Shown: positions 34,635 through 35,827 of the stretch, one piece after another | Layout: every line of letters begins with the position of its first letter | Numbering within the stretch: the stretch's first letter is position 1 | Virus record (IMG/VR): IMGVR_UViG_2534681737_000011 | Origin: a virus | Taxonomy: Duplodnaviria > Heunggongvirae > Uroviricota > Caudoviricetes | Strand: one strand, 5' to 3' | DNA: 35,827 nt | Program-made: the position numbers and the translations under genes | Notes under the pieces: generated by a model | What the model saw: the letters and a program-made list of their open reading frames with translations, nothing else | The model's database searches: none | Told to the model about the DNA's origin: nothing

Positions 34635-34880
34635 TTAATATTTCTTTCCAGTTAGTTTTGCATCACGTTTATTAATATCCTCGATATGACTCCATACACA
34701 CGCAGTAATAAAGTCGTCATCGTCACCAACTCCGGCAACCTGTGCTAATTCAGTACACAGTTGATTTAAAGAAGGTGCAACGGCAGCACGTTTGACACTA
34801 TCACCCTGTACATATTGTTCGGCATTTGCAGCACCAACCAAACCCAGAGCAAGAACGATACCAGCGATAATCTTTTTCAT
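34635..34880 (-). CDS. small secreted or periplasmic protein (signal peptide, no lipobox)
   Basis: N-terminal MKKIIAGIVLALGLVGAANA-EQ looks like a signal peptide with an AxA cleavage site; acidic DDDD tract. Confidence 0.55.
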   Translation of the reverse strand: MKKIIAGIVLALGLVGAANAEQYVQGDSVKRAAVAPSLNQLCTELAQVAGVGDDDDFITACVWSHIEDINKRDAKLTGKKY

Positions 34881-34911
34881 AATTGAATTTCCTCTTGTTA
34901 TTAGAATTTAA

Positions 34912-35253
34912 TTAGTCTTTGAAGTCGATGGTCACGTTACCTTTAAGGGCAAGTTCCATTAAACAACTGCGCTCGTCCTTCATGCTCTTACACAATTTCA
35001 TCCCGTAAACAACGAGATTATCTTTCTCTTTCCAATATTTTTGTTTATCTGCATAAACCTCGCTATATTCACTGTCTTTGAGTGAGAGAGCATTTTCTAA
35101 CTGGCTAATCTCCTGATTCAGATCCTTAATCTCGGCCTTATTTGACCGGATAGTCTCTTGATGTTGAGTATCGGAATAGTCATACCCACAAACAAATCCA
35201 CCGATGCCACCAACACACACAGAAACAATAATTGCGTAGATAGTCTTTTTCAT
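34912..35253 (-). CDS. membrane-anchored coiled-coil protein
   Basis: N-terminal hydrophobic helix (IYAIIVSVCVGGIGGFVCG) followed by a heptad-like segment (EIKDLNQEISQLENALSLKD); the architecture resembles an inner-membrane spanin, but no lipoprotein partner is seen. Confidence 0.5.
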   Translation of the reverse strand: MKKTIYAIIVSVCVGGIGGFVCGYDYSDTQHQETIRSNKAEIKDLNQEISQLENALSLKDSEYSEVYADKQKYWKEKDNLVVYGMKLCKSMKDERSCLMELALKGNVTIDFKD

Positions 35254-35294
35254 AATTGAATCCTCTTTGAATGAATTACGATATATTTATATCG

Positions 35295-35420
35295 TTAAAA
35301 GTTGATGCTGATTACCAGACCAAACACAACCGCACCAATCAAATCAATCCAGTTAATACACAATCCGCTATATTCTTTCTTGAATGTCTTAGATGAAATG
35401 CCATCATGAAATTGTTTCAT
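35295..35420 (-). CDS. small membrane protein (41 aa); not in the ORF track
   Basis: Translation MKQFHDGISSKTFKKEYSGLCINWIDLIGAVVFGLVISINF; preceded by a GGGGTGAG ribosome-binding motif matching the motif used by other genes in this window. Confidence 0.4.
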   Translation of the reverse strand: MKQFHDGISSKTFKKEYSGLCINWIDLIGAVVFGLVISINF

Positions 35421-35423
35421 TGC

Positions 35424-35504
35424 TCACCCCATACTAACGACAATATAAGAAAGGCTGATCATAGTTGTGAGACTACCTCCCACGAATGAGATAAAAGCTA
35501 ACAT
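35424..35504 (-). CDS. very small hydrophobic peptide (26 aa); not in the ORF track
   Basis: Translation MLAFISFVGGSLTTMISLSYIVVSMG with GGAGA ribosome-binding site 8 nt upstream; stop overlaps the ribosome-binding site of the 41-aa ORF. Confidence 0.3.
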   Translation of the reverse strand: MLAFISFVGGSLTTMISLSYIVVSMG

Positions 35505-35521
35505 GTTTGATTCTCCAGTTT

Positions 35522-35548
35522 AAAAAGCGGTGGGAATTGCACCCACCA
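35522..35548 (-). terminator. rho-independent terminator for the 35558..35827 gene
   Basis: GGTGGG-aattgc-CCCACC hairpin (with flanking pairs) preceded on the plus strand by AAAAA, which is a U-run on the minus strand. Confidence 0.6.
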
Positions 35549-35557
35549 AATTAGAAA

Positions 35558-35827
35558 TTACTTCTTGCTAATAAACTCTTTGTAGATAAAATCTAAGACT
35601 TCCTTTAACTTCTTATCGGTGCCAATCATCGCCGGAAGTTCTTCTTTAATATCGCGAGGAAGATACACATTACCTTTCCAGAACAAGCAACCACATTGAG
35701 CAATCGAATAGCTGAACATCCATTCACAATCTTGTTCTATCTCCCAGAATCTAACCTGCTCATCTTCGAGTTGAAGTTCGATTCCACGGCGGCGAGCATA
35801 GTTATGGATTGCTTTGGTAATGTTCAT
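35558..35827 (-). CDS. hypothetical protein (start codon at the window edge)
   Basis: 89-aa ORF whose ATG coincides with the last bases of the window; upstream signals lie outside the window. Confidence 0.5.
   Translation of the reverse strand: MNITKAIHNYARRRGIELQLEDEQVRFWEIEQDCEWMFSYSIAQCGCLFWKGNVYLPRDIKEELPAMIGTDKKLKEVLDFIYKEFISKK

Overview
The window reads as a contiguous segment of a tailed-phage (siphovirus-like) genome or prophage, with short intergenic gaps, many hairpin terminators and a recurring AAGGGGTAAT-type ribosome-binding motif. In order: small early genes on the minus strand; a 1.3 kb non-coding region dense in repeats (a 13-bp iteron array, a CTAG-rich block, a GC-rich island); early genes including a Rha-family regulator; then a plus-strand morphogenesis block (GpA-like large terminase, portal, fused prohead protease-scaffold-major capsid protein, a long tail fibre with a C-terminal S74 chaperone domain, gpV-like major tail protein, chaperone pair, tape measure, minor tail proteins, a lambda I/J-like tip protein, an M15 peptidase endolysin). 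The right end holds a minus-strand block with a UvsW-like helicase, two divergent zinc-finger/GIY-YIG-like proteins, a large serine recombinase and small membrane or secreted proteins. The most notable observation is that the major capsid and major tail genes are the only long structural genes ending in TGA-A, and each is followed by a stop-free in-frame extension ending in a near-identical Lys/Ala-rich peptide (VTAKATAK), which suggests programmed stop-codon readthrough. All functional calls come from motif recognition by eye and gene order; no database search was run.
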